This document shows positions 1 through 10,230 of a stretch of DNA of 64,000 bases, piece after piece (within the stretch, counting starts at the first letter, position 1; each line of letters begins with the position of its first letter). The DNA lies in assembly GCA_963707985.1 (NCBI GenBank), contig CAVPRW010000014.1:96001-160000 (forward strand), written 5' to 3'. A program made the translations under genes and the position numbers. Under the pieces are notes generated by a model. That model was not told the DNA's origin. It did no database searches and saw nothing but the letters and a program-made list of their open reading frames with translations. The DNA is from an uncultured Nitrospinota bacterium. Its GTDB lineage: Bacteria > Tectomicrobia > Entotheonellia > J063 > CAVPRW01.

Positions 1-457
1 CGCCTTGAGCCTGGTCAGTCTAGGAGGAAGAATGTTTTTTGGGTGGTTGGCCGACCAGCTGAAAGGCGAGGGAGCGTTTACGGTGGCTTTGAGCTGCACC
101 ATGACGGGCTATGTGATGCTCTTGCTGCTCGGAGCACTGGAGACCCGCTGGCCATTGTATGCCTTTATCGTCAGCTATGGCTTTGCGCAGGGCGCTGGAG
201 GGATTGCCATCGCTGCCAAAACGGTCGAGGTGTTTCATGGTCCCCGTCTGGGCTCGATCTTCATGGTGGTAATACTGAGCGGCAATGTAGGAGCCGCCTT
301 TGGCGCCTGGATCGGTGGGCGCTTCTTCGATCTCACCGGCAGTTACGCGCTCACCTTCGCCACCGCCATTGTTAGCGGCCTACTCGCTATCGGCTGTATG
401 TGGGCTGGTCGCGGCCGCTCGCCAGTTCCCTCTCCTTCCGGGGACTTTGCACCATAA
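1..457 (+). CDS. MFS transporter, C-terminal part (runs off the window start)
   Basis: GRMFFGWLADQL motif-A-like loop, hydrophobic helices, GGRFFDLTGSY MFS C-terminal signature. Confidence 0.85.
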   Translation, partial: ALSLVSLGGRMFFGWLADQLKGEGAFTVALSCTMTGYVMLLLLGALETRWPLYAFIVSYGFAQGAGGIAIAAKTVEVFHGPRLGSIFMVVILSGNVGAAFGAWIGGRFFDLTGSYALTFATAIVSGLLAIGCMWAGRGRSPVPSPSGDFAP

Positions 458-490
458 CCCCACTTTCGCCAGAAGATCCTGGGGCACTCT

Positions 491-688
491 CACAAGCGCT
501 CCAACGTTGATATGATCAAGGCAAAGTTTCGCCATCACGTGCGGAGCAAGACGGACATCGCCATGACGAATGCGGTGCTCTGTACCATTCTTTGCCACCA
601 TATTTGTTGCTTAATCCAGGCCATGTACGAATTGGGGATTGAGCCAACCTTTTGGCAGGAGTACAATGGGGGCTTGACACGTGCGTAA
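491..688 (+). pseudogene. Transposase C-terminal remnant (IS4/IS5-like DDE)
   Basis: Hand translation HKRSNVDMIKAKFRHHVRSKTDIAMTNAVLCTILCHHICCLIQAMYELGIEPTFW resembles the Y-x2-R-x3-E..K region of IS4/IS5-type transposases; no N-terminus; not in the ORF track. Confidence 0.6.
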
Positions 689-1176
689 TCGATCTGTTCA
701 ACCTCGGAAGCTTATCTACATCAGTCCACACGAGATTGGGACACTCTGGTTCTCCGACAGATTCGGCCGTAGTGGGGACGCCGCAATCCGCGTGTACGAA
801 TGTTGGGTAGTTCGATTTAGGACTCATCATGATCTATGATCCTCCTGTAGATAAGGTAACGGCGTTTCCAACGAGTGGGTCGTGAGAGATGAATCGCTGT
901 GGCCTGTGCTGCGGCAGTCACGCTTCCCGTCTCTACGAGAGACGTACGGTACAGCGCTTGTCGTGCGGCACGGAGTTCAGGTCGTGCACCCATGCATAGC
1001 AGTCCGCTATAGCATGTCACTCTGGGGCAAGCTGGTCGTCTTCATTTCGTGAGTCCTGTTGACGCCGACAAGCGCTCTAGCACTTCGCAGGTCTTTTTGT
1101 ACAGCAGCGCCACTTGTCCAACACGTCACGCAGAGTTAAGGGTCTTTACGCCGATCCCACGCGAGAGGAAGGCTCC

Positions 1177-1554
1177 ATGGACATGGATCAGGCAGGGCTC
1201 GAGAGCGAGGAAATACAGCGTCAGCAGGCCGAAGTGGCACGTGAACAGGCAGAACGGCGCCGGGAAGAAGCTGAGAACATCCGGCAGGCGCGAGAGGATA
1301 TGAGGCAATATGCGGAAGCGCTCCGGCAAACGGCTGAGTCCCTGCGGCGGGAGCAGGAAAGTGCCCGGCAAACGGCTGAGGAGATGCGCCAGATAGCCGA
1401 TGGCCTACGCCGCACCGCCGAGCAGGCGGCGGAAATCTTTCGCCAGGCGACCCAAGAGCAGGCACGGATCCTCGCCGAAATGCAGCAGACGATCCAAATG
1501 TCGCACCAGATGGAACCACGCTACAACGCTCCTACGAGGGAGCAGCAAAGTTGA
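1177..1554 (+). CDS. Hypothetical E/Q/R/A-rich coiled-coil protein
   Basis: GAGAGGAAGG RBS before ATG 1177; repeated RQxAE heptad-like units. Confidence 0.7.
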   Translation: MDMDQAGLESEEIQRQQAEVAREQAERRREEAENIRQAREDMRQYAEALRQTAESLRREQESARQTAEEMRQIADGLRRTAEQAAEIFRQATQEQARILAEMQQTIQMSHQMEPRYNAPTREQQS

Positions 1555-1721
1555 GAGGAACGTCTTGATCCTCACGTGTACAGGGTCTGTTTTTGTGCAG
1601 AATCATCACTTGCACAACAAGTCCCAAGATGTTTGGGAGTTATTGTGCAAAGCCCCCTCCAAGAGAGGGTCAGGGTGAGGGAGCACAGCGTTCAGAGAGT
1701 GTTTCTGCTGGCCTGAGGCTT

Positions 1722-2276
1722 CTATGCGGGCGGACGTTGCGGCAGAAAGTAGCCGACGAGCAGCACGTTCAGGTGGATGAGTAACAGTTTATTCCAGGCT
1801 ATACTGGCCTCGAACGCCTCTGGAAGATCGCTGAGCTCCTCCTGGAAAATACGTGCAAACGCGCTTTGCGCCAGGCTCATGGCGCCAACCATGAGATGCG
1901 GCGGGATTTTGCCGCCGGGACCAAAGCTGCGATGGCTATGTGATAAGCCTATAGCCAGGAGGGAATAGAGGAAGTCGTGGGTCATCGCCGCCTCGGCAGT
2001 CTCCCGCAGCCAGCGTCCCAGGCTATGTTTTCGGCGCTCGAGGCGTGGCTGATCGGGTGTGCCATCGGGGAGCAGGAAAAAGCGCGCCGCGGCCGGAAAT
2101 GTGAGAAAATGCTCATAAAGGGCATCAGTAATGGCGCGTTCGTGCTTCAGCAGGCTCGGGGCGCTGCGCCGCACGACATCGATATCGGCTGCTGTGAAGC
2201 CCACGAAGTCCATTACCTCCTGCACAAATCCGGGCATATCGGCGCCAGGGGCATGATACGATTCGCTGCTCATCAT
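1722..2276 (-). CDS. Protoglobin-family single-domain globin
   Basis: FVGFTAADI...LYEHFL...IGLSH...PHLMVGAMS...AWNKLL pattern; AAGGAG RBS before MMSSES. Confidence 0.75.
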   Translation of the reverse strand: MMSSESYHAPGADMPGFVQEVMDFVGFTAADIDVVRRSAPSLLKHERAITDALYEHFLTFPAAARFFLLPDGTPDQPRLERRKHSLGRWLRETAEAAMTHDFLYSLLAIGLSHSHRSFGPGGKIPPHLMVGAMSLAQSAFARIFQEELSDLPEAFEASIAWNKLLLIHLNVLLVGYFLPQRPPA

Positions 2277-2553
2277 CACTCCTTTGCAATGGCCTGCACG
2301 AGTATGAGAAAAGCACCCAAACGCACGGGCGACATGCCACACTGCCGATTCCACTGCAGCGCTTATTAGGCCCGAGTGCAGTATATGAATACGCCGAGAG
2401 GCGGTCAAATGTCCGCAGGCTCTCTCGATCCGTAACGACTCCGGTACCGCAGCACTTTCCTTTGACAGAACACACCGGATATGGTAGAAGGCAGGCGCTT
2501 GCCACCCGGCACAGAGGGAGGAATGATCAGCTTGGCTGAGAGGAGGCCTATAC

Positions 2554-3630
2554 GTGAGTCTCGATTTTGTCAGCAACGAGGAAATCATCCAGGAAGCACG
2601 GCGCCATGTGGATCAGGGGGCCTGGGACTATCTGGTCGGCGGGTCCGAGTCGGAAACCACGCTCCGACGCAATCGGATGGCCTTTGACCGCGTCGCGTTT
2701 CGGCCGCGCATTTTGGTCGACGTCTCATCCATCGACCCCTCCACCACTTTCCTGGGGCAAAAGCTCCGGATCCCCGCCATCCTGGCGCCTATCGGCTCGC
2801 TGCAGGTCTTCCATCCCGAGGCCGGTGCAGCATCGACCAGGGCGGCGACGGAGTTTGGCATTATGCACGCCATCAGCTCCGTCACACAACCCACGTTAGA
2901 GGAAACCGCCGCGGCGACCCCGACGCCGAAGATCTTCCAGCTCTATGTGCATGGGGACACGAAGTGGACGGAGGACATCATCGGCCGCGTCAAGGAAGCC
3001 GGCTATGCGGCCCTGGCGCTGACGGTGGATGTGGCCCATTATAGTCGGCGCGAACGTCCCATGCTCACGCGCTATCAGCCACCGACGCGACGGCAGCCCC
3101 CCAACCGCAAGTACCAGGCCTCGCTGACCTGGGACACCATGGACATGATCAAGGAGATGGCCGGCCTGCCCTTCATGCTCAAGGGCGTGCAGACCGCCGA
3201 GGATGCGGAGATCGCGGTGCAGCACGGGGTGGACGTCATCTGGGTGTCCAACCATGGCGGCCGGCAGATCGACCACGGGCTGGGCAGCCTGGACACGTTG
3301 CCGGAAATCGTCCAGGCGGTGAACGGCAGAGCGCGCATCGTCCTGGATGGTGGGGTCCAGCGTGGCAGCGACATCCTGAAAGCCGTGGCCATGGGCGCTG
3401 ATGTCGTGGCCCTGGGCCGCTTACAGGGGTGGGGGCTGGCCGCGGCCGGCAAGGACGGCGTGGTGCGCATGCTGGAGATTCTGGAGGACGAGCTCGTCAG
3501 CGCCATGGGCCTGATCGGCGTCACCAGCATCGGCCAGCTGACCCCGAAGTATGTCAGCAAGGCCGAGGTCGTGACGCCACCGCACGAGATGAGTGCCTGG
3601 GTCAACATGCGGGTGGGGCGCCTCCTCTAG
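2554..3630 (+). CDS. FMN-dependent alpha-hydroxy-acid oxidase/dehydrogenase
   Basis: LRRN...FRPRIL, VSNHGGRQID, DGGVQRGSDILKA motifs; AGGAGG RBS. Confidence 0.93.
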   Translation: MSLDFVSNEEIIQEARRHVDQGAWDYLVGGSESETTLRRNRMAFDRVAFRPRILVDVSSIDPSTTFLGQKLRIPAILAPIGSLQVFHPEAGAASTRAATEFGIMHAISSVTQPTLEETAAATPTPKIFQLYVHGDTKWTEDIIGRVKEAGYAALALTVDVAHYSRRERPMLTRYQPPTRRQPPNRKYQASLTWDTMDMIKEMAGLPFMLKGVQTAEDAEIAVQHGVDVIWVSNHGGRQIDHGLGSLDTLPEIVQAVNGRARIVLDGGVQRGSDILKAVAMGADVVALGRLQGWGLAAAGKDGVVRMLEILEDELVSAMGLIGVTSIGQLTPKYVSKAEVVTPPHEMSAWVNMRVGRLL

Positions 3631-3774
3631 GAGGCCCCGAAAGCGTTTGGTGTTTGGCGTTCACCCCTCACACGCTCCAGAGCGCCAGCCGGTGGGTGGG
3701 GTGAGCGCCGGCCGCTCGGCAAATAAGCGCTGCCAGGCGGCGCGCCCGATCCGATCAGCTTCCCGTAGAATCGA
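3412..3774. repeat. Diverged direct repeat, copy 1 (3' ends of the convergent oxidase and amidohydrolase genes)
   Basis: Aligns with 7651-8006; minus strand of 3661-3774 encodes orphan tail SILREADRIGRAAWQRLFAERPALTPPTGWRSGACEG*. Confidence 0.9.
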
Positions 3775-3812
3775 CCCTTCTGACCTTGCAGTTGTAAATC
3801 ATGGGTGACCAC

Positions 3813-3851
3813 TTGACAGGTGATATTGTGAATGTATATTGTCATGACAAT
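3813..3851 (+). promoter_or_regulatory. Sigma70 promoter with overlapping palindromic operator of the TA operon
   Basis: TTGACA (3813-3818), 16 nt, TATATT (3835-3840); perfect palindrome ATTGTCATGACAAT at 3838-3851. Confidence 0.75.
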
Positions 3852-3882
3852 GTCTGACGATCCTAATTATGGGAGGTGTGCC

Positions 3883-4158
3883 ATGTCACAGACGAAAAAT
3901 CAGAAAATAGATCTGCGACTCACCCCGAGCGCGAAGGCGTTCCTACAGATTGCAGCACAAGCCGCACAGCGAACACTGAGTGAGTTTGTCCTGGAGAGCG
4001 CGCTGCGTCGAGCAGAGGAAACCTTGCCGGATCGCCAGCGCTTCGGTTTGGATGCCGCCAGATGGGAAGCCTTCCAGGCTGCGCTGGACGCCCCACCACG
4101 CGCCATCCCACGGCTGACGAGACTGATGCAAGAGCCCAGCGTGTTTGAGCGTGAGTAA
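3883..4158 (+). CDS. DUF1778 RHH antitoxin (TacA/AtaR-like)
   Basis: KIDLRLTPSAKAFLQIAAQAAQRTLSEFVLESA...WEAFQAALDAPP; GGGAGG RBS; stop overlaps toxin start (TAATG). Confidence 0.9.
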   Translation: MSQTKNQKIDLRLTPSAKAFLQIAAQAAQRTLSEFVLESALRRAEETLPDRQRFGLDAARWEAFQAALDAPPRAIPRLTRLMQEPSVFERE

Positions 4159-4664
4159 TGTACAGGATCGAGAAACTCCGCCGTGATCATCGGGTCGATG
4201 ACTTTGATTGCGGAAACGACGCTCTGAATCGGTTCCTGATCAGATACGCGCTTCAGAGTCAACAGGGAAATGCCTCGCAGACCTATCTTGCGATGGCTGA
4301 TGAGGAGGTTGTTGGGTTTTACGCGCTCGCGTTCGGCAGTGTCGAGTCTGAGGCAGCACCGGAGCGCCTCGTGAAAGGTTTAGCCCACCATCCAGTCCCC
4401 CTCATGCTCCTTGCGAGGTTAGCGGTTTCCGTGACTTGGCAGGGAAAGGGTTTAGGCCCTGGACTCTTGAAAGATGCGATGCTGCGTACACTGCAGGCAT
4501 CCGACATTGCCGGTATTCGAGCCCTGGCAGCCCATGCGAAAGATGACAACGCGAGAGCGTTCTATCGGCATTTTGGGTTCATCCCATCACCAACAGACCC
4601 CTATCATCTGTTTCTCCTGCTCAAGGATATCCTTCTCGCTCAGAAATCTGGGGGATTAGGGTAG
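4158..4664 (+). CDS. GNAT acetyltransferase toxin (TacT/AtaT-like)
   Basis: FDCGNDALNRFL, LLARLAVS..WQGKGLG..LL, AFYRHFGF motifs; coupled to DUF1778 gene. Confidence 0.9.
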   Translation: MYRIEKLRRDHRVDDFDCGNDALNRFLIRYALQSQQGNASQTYLAMADEEVVGFYALAFGSVESEAAPERLVKGLAHHPVPLMLLARLAVSVTWQGKGLGPGLLKDAMLRTLQASDIAGIRALAAHAKDDNARAFYRHFGFIPSPTDPYHLFLLLKDILLAQKSGGLG

Positions 4665-4727
4665 ACCCATCATGAGATATTCCGTAATTCCCTTCTGTTT
4701 ATAATCAAATATCCCTAAGGAAGCCCC

Positions 4728-4960
4728 CTGCAACTTGCCGCATGTTACCTTCGTCGTTCAAAGGACGACCCGCGCCAAGTCTTGATCGATCGTCAGCGTG
4801 ACGTGTGTCTGACCGCAGCACAGGCCCACGGATATGAGATCCCGGAGCACCTCATCATTGTTGATGAGGGCATCAGCGGTGCCGTCCTGCAACGCCCAGG
4901 ACTCCCGGCGCTCCTACCAGCCGTTAAGGACAGGCACGCCTCTGCGGTGTTTATTACCGA
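4728..4960 (+). pseudogene. Serine recombinase N-terminal remnant truncated by cassette 1
   Basis: In-frame LAACYLRRSKDD...RQRDVC...DEGISGAVLQRPGL...VFITD (YxRxS catalytic motif); homology stops at the cassette terminus; no ATG start. Confidence 0.75.
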
Positions 4961-5199
4961 TACCTGTAGGCGCGCGAAAACATCCGGCGCTCTACCTGGG
5001 AATGGGGCAGATTTCTGCGCATGCATAATGCGAATGGCACGCGGCGCGTACCTGAGAACTACAGCATCCTACCTGAGAACAGCGTCGCCTGCGCACGCTC
5101 GGTGAGAATAGCACAGGCGTGCCCACCACACACATGGCCACGACGGTGTTTACATCGGGGGGGAATTCCGCCGACTCACCTACGCCTCTTCGCCGGCCG

Positions 5200-5589
5200 T
5201 CACTTCACCGGCACGAGCGTCGGAGCCCCTTTGTCCTTGACCAAGATGACCAAGAATTTTGCCGGCCTGGTCGTGCTGGCGTTCCGGCCCACGACATGTA
5301 CATCGTCGGGCCCCTCGTAAAACGTCTGCCCCGGCGTGAGCGTCACTGCTGTTCCTCCCTGCACCTGCATCACAACAGAGCCTTCCAGCACGTAGATAAA
5401 CCCGTGGGCATCGTGCCGGTGCACAGGGTCTGACCCGCCCGGCGGATACTCCACGGTCAGCATCAAGACCTCCTTGCCTGGAATGTCCGGCAGCTCTCTC
5501 AACATGACCGGCGCGACGTCAGGCTGCTGAGCCATCACCAGGCTCGTCATGAGGGAAAGCAGAAGACATGCCATGGTCGTCCTCGTCAT
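5200..5589 (-). CDS. Exported cupin-domain protein
   Basis: GAAAGG RBS, signal-like MTRTTMACLLLSLMTSLVMA, cupin motifs PVHRHDAHGFIYVLEG and FYEGPDDVH. Confidence 0.85.
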   Translation of the reverse strand: MTRTTMACLLLSLMTSLVMAQQPDVAPVMLRELPDIPGKEVLMLTVEYPPGGSDPVHRHDAHGFIYVLEGSVVMQVQGGTAVTLTPGQTFYEGPDDVHVVGRNASTTRPAKFLVILVKDKGAPTLVPVK

Positions 5590-5679
5590 CGTGGACCTTT
5601 CATGTATCGGTGGAAGCCCCGCGCTCGATCGCGTGTGTGCGCCGGCGATCACCGAGTTGCCGGTGTTTTTTCCTGCGGG

Positions 5680-6216
5680 TGACTGGGGCGAGCCAAGCGC
5701 CGCGTCCGCCACGGCCTTGGCCCCATCATCGGCCGCGATGGGCTGGAAGCTGGCAGTCGACAGGCGAACACGGTTATCGTCGGTGCCCGCCGCGGCGATC
5801 GCGCCGAGAAATTCGAAGAACTGCGTGGCCCGGATGATCGTATAGGGGATGCCCGCCGTCTTGATGAGCCGTTCCTGGGCCAGCTTGGCGCGGAAATAGC
5901 CGATGTCCGGCAGGCGATCGGTGCCGACCACCGAAAGTGCGACGTGATGATGGACACCGGCCTCCTTCTCCGCGCGCGCGAGATGGCGGCCCGAGCCCTC
6001 GAAGAAGGCAAGAGCCGCCGCGTCCTCGAAGGACGGAGCGTTCGAGACGTCCACGACCACCTCCGCGCGGGCCAGCGCCTCGGCCAGACCTCGACCGGTC
6101 GTGGCATCCACGCCGGTGCTCGGTGAGGCGGCGAGGGCCTCGTGACCCTGCTCCGTCAGCGTCTTCACCACCTTGGTTCCGATAAGGCCACTGCCTCCAA
6201 TCACGACGATCTTCAT
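5680..6216 (-). pseudogene. NmrA/SDR NAD(P)-binding oxidoreductase, C-terminally truncated, reading into the cupin
   Basis: MKIVVIGGSGLIG Rossmann motif, YFRAK; similarity ends at AALGSP and no stop precedes the cupin. Confidence 0.7.
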
Positions 6217-6324
6217 GGTGCGCCTCCGACGTGAGGTGAGGGACACAGGCGGCCACTGGAGGACGGGAGCGCGAGCGTGGCCCAGGACCCAGGCCGGCGC
6301 TCCCGGTCCTCACAGCCTGCCAGT

Positions 6325-7151
6325 TCAGCCCTTGATGAAGGCGAGAAGGTCGGCATTGATCACGTCGGCGTGCGTCGTGCACATGCCGTGCGGGAACTTC
6401 TCGTAGACCTTCAGCGTGCCGTTCTTCAGCAGCTTCACCGAAAGCAGCGCGGAGTCGGCGATCGGCACGATCTGGTCGTCGTCGCCGTGCATCACCAGCG
6501 TCGGCACGTCGATGATCTTCAGGTCCTCGGTGAAGTCGGTTTCCGAGAAGGCCTTGATGCCGTCGTAATGGGCCTTGGCACCGCCCATCATGCCTTGGCG
6601 CCACCAGTTTTGGATCACGCCTTGCGAGATCTTCGCGCCCGGCCGGTTGTAGCTGTAGAAGGGGCCGCTCGCGAAATCGAGGTAGAACTGCGCGCGATTG
6701 GCGGCGAGCTGCTGGCGGAAACCGTCGAACACCTCGATCGGCAGACCGCCCGGATTGGCCGGCGTCTTCACCATGATCGGCGGCACGGCGCCGATGAGCA
6801 CCAGCTTGGCGACACGGCCCTTGCCGTGGCGGGCGACATAGCGGGTCGCCTCGCCGCCGCCGGTCGAATGGCCAATGTGGATGGCGTCGCGCAGGTCGAG
6901 ATGCTCGACGACCGCGGCGACGTCGGCGGCGTAGTGGTCCATGTCGTGACCGTCGCTGACCTGGCTCGAACGGCCGTGGCCGCGCCGGTCATGGGCGACG
7001 ACGCGATAGCCCTTCTCGACGAAGTAGAGCATCTGCGCGTCCCAGTCGTCGGAGCTCAGCGGCCAGCCGTGATGAAAGACGATCGGCTGCATCCGGAGCC
7101 CCAGTCCTTGTAGAAGATCTCGACGCCATCCTTTGTGGTGATCGTGCTCAT
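6325..7151 (-). CDS. cpo: Non-heme chloroperoxidase / alpha-beta hydrolase (frameshift near 7095)
   Basis: [18 protein letters not shown] in one frame, then [36 protein letters not shown] in another. Confidence 0.85.
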
Positions 7152-7596
7152 CGTTTTCGGTCCTTTGCTTGGGTTAGAAGAAGAAAGGGCCAGCTCTCTG
7201 GCCGCCTGGGCTGCGATATCATATGGAGGTCGATTATACTCCACAAAGGCGACATCAGGGCGGATTTGTCCGCGTGTGGGCTCGCGCCGCCTCTGCCTTG
7301 CGTGTGTTGGTTGGGGTCGTCGAGGTCGCCTTTCGACCCAGACGGCGACCTGGCGAGCACGCCGGTGTTATTCTCACCAAGCATGCGCAGAATACGATGT
7401 TCTCAGGTAGGACGTGCTGTTCTCAGGCAGGATGCCGCGGTTCTCAGGTAGGCACCTCGCCTCATTCTCAGGAAGCGTGCGCAGAAATCTGCACCGTTCT
7501 CAAGTAGGACGCTTGATGTTCGCGCGCACCTACACCTACCAAGTCGGGCGAGGATTGAAACCACGAGTACAGGCTTGCTTGGTGGGGACGGCGTAT

Positions 7597-7622
7597 GTAG
7601 CGCCCGACTACCAAGTCGGGCG
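7597..7622 (+). repeat. GTAG-headed REP-like hairpin; truncated second copy at 7536-7554
   Basis: GTAG-CGCCCGACT-ACCA-AGTCGGGCG (9-bp perfect stem); CTACCAAGTCGGGCGAGGA repeated at 7536-7554 and 7608-7626. Confidence 0.65.
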
Positions 7623-7650
7623 AGGACGGCGCGGCATGGGGTGGGCGTCA

Positions 7651-8006
7651 TTGGGCCGGTTACAGGGGTAGGGACTGGCCGCGGGAGGCAAGGATGGCAT
7701 GGTGCGCATGCTAGAGATTCTGGAGGATGAGCTCGTCAGCGCCATGGGCTTGATTGGCGTCACCAGCATCAGCCAGCTGACCCCGAAGTATGTCTGCAGG
7801 GCAGAGTCCGTGACGTCACCGCACGAAATGAGTGCCTGGGTTACCAAGGGAGTGGGGCGTATCCTCTAAGAAACCCTGTGAGCGCTTGGCGTTCACCCCT
7901 CACAGGCCACAGGATGCCATCCCGTGGGTGGGGTAAGCGCCGGCCGTTCTGCAAACAGGCGCTGCCAGGCGCCACGCCCAATCCGATCGGCCTCCCGTAT
8001 AATCGA
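7651..8006. repeat. Diverged direct repeat, copy 2 (dead oxidase 3' fragment plus live amidohydrolase 3' end)
   Basis: Aligns with 3412-3774; the oxidase fragment 7651-7869 carries a TGG>TAG nonsense change. Confidence 0.9.
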
Positions 8007-9294
8007 TGCCTCATCCATGGTCAATACCACTCCATCGCGCATCAGCCAGCGACCGTCGACCATCACCGCCTCGACGTCGCGCGCCTGGCCCTGGTGGACA
8101 AAGCACGACACCACCCGTAGCAGTGGCACGAGGTGCGCCTGGCGCAGATCGATCATGATCAGGTCGGCTCGATTCCCCGGCGCCAACCAGCCGCCATCGG
8201 GGATGCCGAGGGCGCGATAGCCATGGCGGGTGGCCCAGGTCAGCACCTGTTCAGGCGTGGGCTGACGACCGTCTTGCCGGCGCACACGCTCCATAAATAG
8301 GGCAGTTCGCATGACTTCGACCATGTCCTCGGCCATATTGTCGGTGCCAAGCGCGATGGTGCAGCCGTAGGTTTCTAAATCGGCGATGCGTGGGCTCAAG
8401 CCTCGCCGTGCGGCGATGGCCGAGTTAAAGGCCACGGCAGCGCCAGAGGCGCCCAGGAGACGCTCTTCGTCGGGCGTCATGCAGCGGCAGTGGGCTGCCA
8501 TCAGACGGGGCGAGAGAAATCCGCACTGCTCCAGATACTCTGTGGGCCGCAGGCCGCGCTGTTCCTGCACCGCGGCGACCTCGCCCCAGATCTGGTTGAG
8601 ATGGATTGAACACCATCACGTCGAGGCGCTCTTGCAGGTCGCGTAGGTCATGCAGGAGCCGTGGCGAACACATGTCCGGTGCCCAGGCGGCTAACCCGAC
8701 ATTGATGCGGCCGTTTTCTTTGCCATGCCAGCGCGTGTGCAGAGCCTCGATGCGCGTCAAGCCCTGTTCGGCCAGCGCCGGGTCAATATCAAAAGGCCCC
8801 GGCTGGCCGATGGCGGCATGGGCTCGGTCCCAGGCACGCTCGCATAGCAAGAACCGCACGCCACTGGCCGCCAGTGCCTCGACATAACGCTGGATGCCAG
8901 CACCGTCTTCCAGGATCAAGGTGGTGCCACTGCGAATCGCCTCCACCACCCCGAGCTGGCACATCACCTGGTGCTCCTCGACGCTCAGTTGCGGGAGCGG
9001 CAGCGGGGCCAGGCCACCTGTAAATGGGGGCGTGTGCGATGGCGACAGGTCCTCGTAGATGCCGCGAGCCAGGGTCATGCCCAGATGGGTGTGCACGTTG
9101 GCAAAGCCCGGCATGACGGCCTTGCCACGTCCGTCGATGCGCTCGGCCGTGGGATAGCGTGTCAGCAGCTCGTCGGTGGGACCGATCGCGGCGATGCGAT
9201 CGGCCTCGACGACAATCCCAGCGTCGTCGTGCACTGTATAAGCGTCGTCCGCGGTGACAATGGTGGTATGGTGTATCAGCGTCTGCATGGCCAT
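7893..9294 (-). CDS. MtaD/AtzA-like amidohydrolase (frameshift near 8607)
   Basis: MPGFANVHTH, AAHC, LGTDN, GNRADLIMID, VMVDGRWLMRDG across two frames. Confidence 0.85.
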
Positions 9295-9499
9295 TATGGC
9301 TCCATTTCATTGATCCGTCGATCTATACCTGTGTGGCCTGGTGGGTTGGCTACATCTCTGAGCCATCCTCCCGGATAACACTGCCGAATCAGCCATCTCC
9401 CCGACAGCTGGACCCTCATGCTAGGGATGGGAGAGACGCGTTCAGCTTACCGCGTCAGCTCAATGTCATAGTATGTCCGGCGCCTATGACGATCGGCCT

Positions 9500-9790
9500 T
9501 GTCAGGCCAGACTCCGATGCGTAAGATGGGCGCATCCTGGGCTAATCGTTCATGCGCCTTGGCATCTTTGATCTGTTCGCCGGCCCTGAATAGTCCAGCA
9601 GCCAGCGTGCTTTCGTGAATCCCAGGGCGATCCTTATGATACTCGTCGATCTCCCATGCAGAGTTCAGGGCCAGCAACTGGATCCCAGCCTCCTCGAAGA
9701 GAAAGGGCAGGCATTGCAACCCAGCTTGAGGCGGGTAGGGTTCCTGAACGAGGGTGTGGTAGAACTTGCTGAAGTGTTCACATCGTGCAA
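9500..9790 (-). pseudogene. Internal fragment of a calcineurin-like metallophosphoesterase domain
   Basis: FSKFYH...IQLLALNSAWEIDEY...LRIGVW resembles the LNS / xxHH strands of such domains; both ends missing. Confidence 0.45.
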
Positions 9791-10230
9791 ACGCAGAAGC
9801 CGTGCTCCCTGCCGTTTCGGTTCTTTCTTGCCGAGGTACCACACGATGGTTTGCTGCGCTTGGCACGGCTATGTCTCACAATCGATGCATCCAGAGCGCT
9901 CATTTGCGATGTCTTATAGCATACTGGCAAGCGCGAAATTTCGAGATAGCGAACGTGCGGTCACGTGCAGGAAGACTTCTGAAAACAATGGAAGCGGAGC
10001 CGTGTCGTCGACCCGTGTGGAGAGGGAAACTGCTCTTTGAGGGGCCGGGCCAGCGACACAGAGAAGCGTATTCACTGGTCTCGCACGAAAGGACTTTCCT
10101 TCACATGGCATTTGATGTAGAAAGTGCGTGCAACAGCCGCGTTTTGGCTGGCTGAGCCTGCCCTGGTCAGCATCGGCCACGAGACTATGTGCCAGTGGAG
10201 CAACGCTGCCCTTATGATGAGGAGGCATCT

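Larger units (their letters stand above)
4961..7538. mobile_element. Non-autonomous cargo cassette 1 with long inverted termini
   Basis: 4961-5122 and 7357-7538 are imperfect inverted repeats with tandem CTGAGAAC motifs; TA at both outer edges; no transposase inside. Confidence 0.75.

Noticed and set aside
5200..6246. 348-aa SDR-cupin fusion as a novel architecture
   Set aside because: The SDR is C-terminally truncated and the cupin keeps its own RBS and signal peptide; a deletion scar explains it better
7390..7520. Tandem GTTCTCAGG motifs as a CRISPR array or plasmid iterons
   Set aside because: Units are short and degenerate with no unique spacers, cas or rep gene; they belong to paired inverted termini
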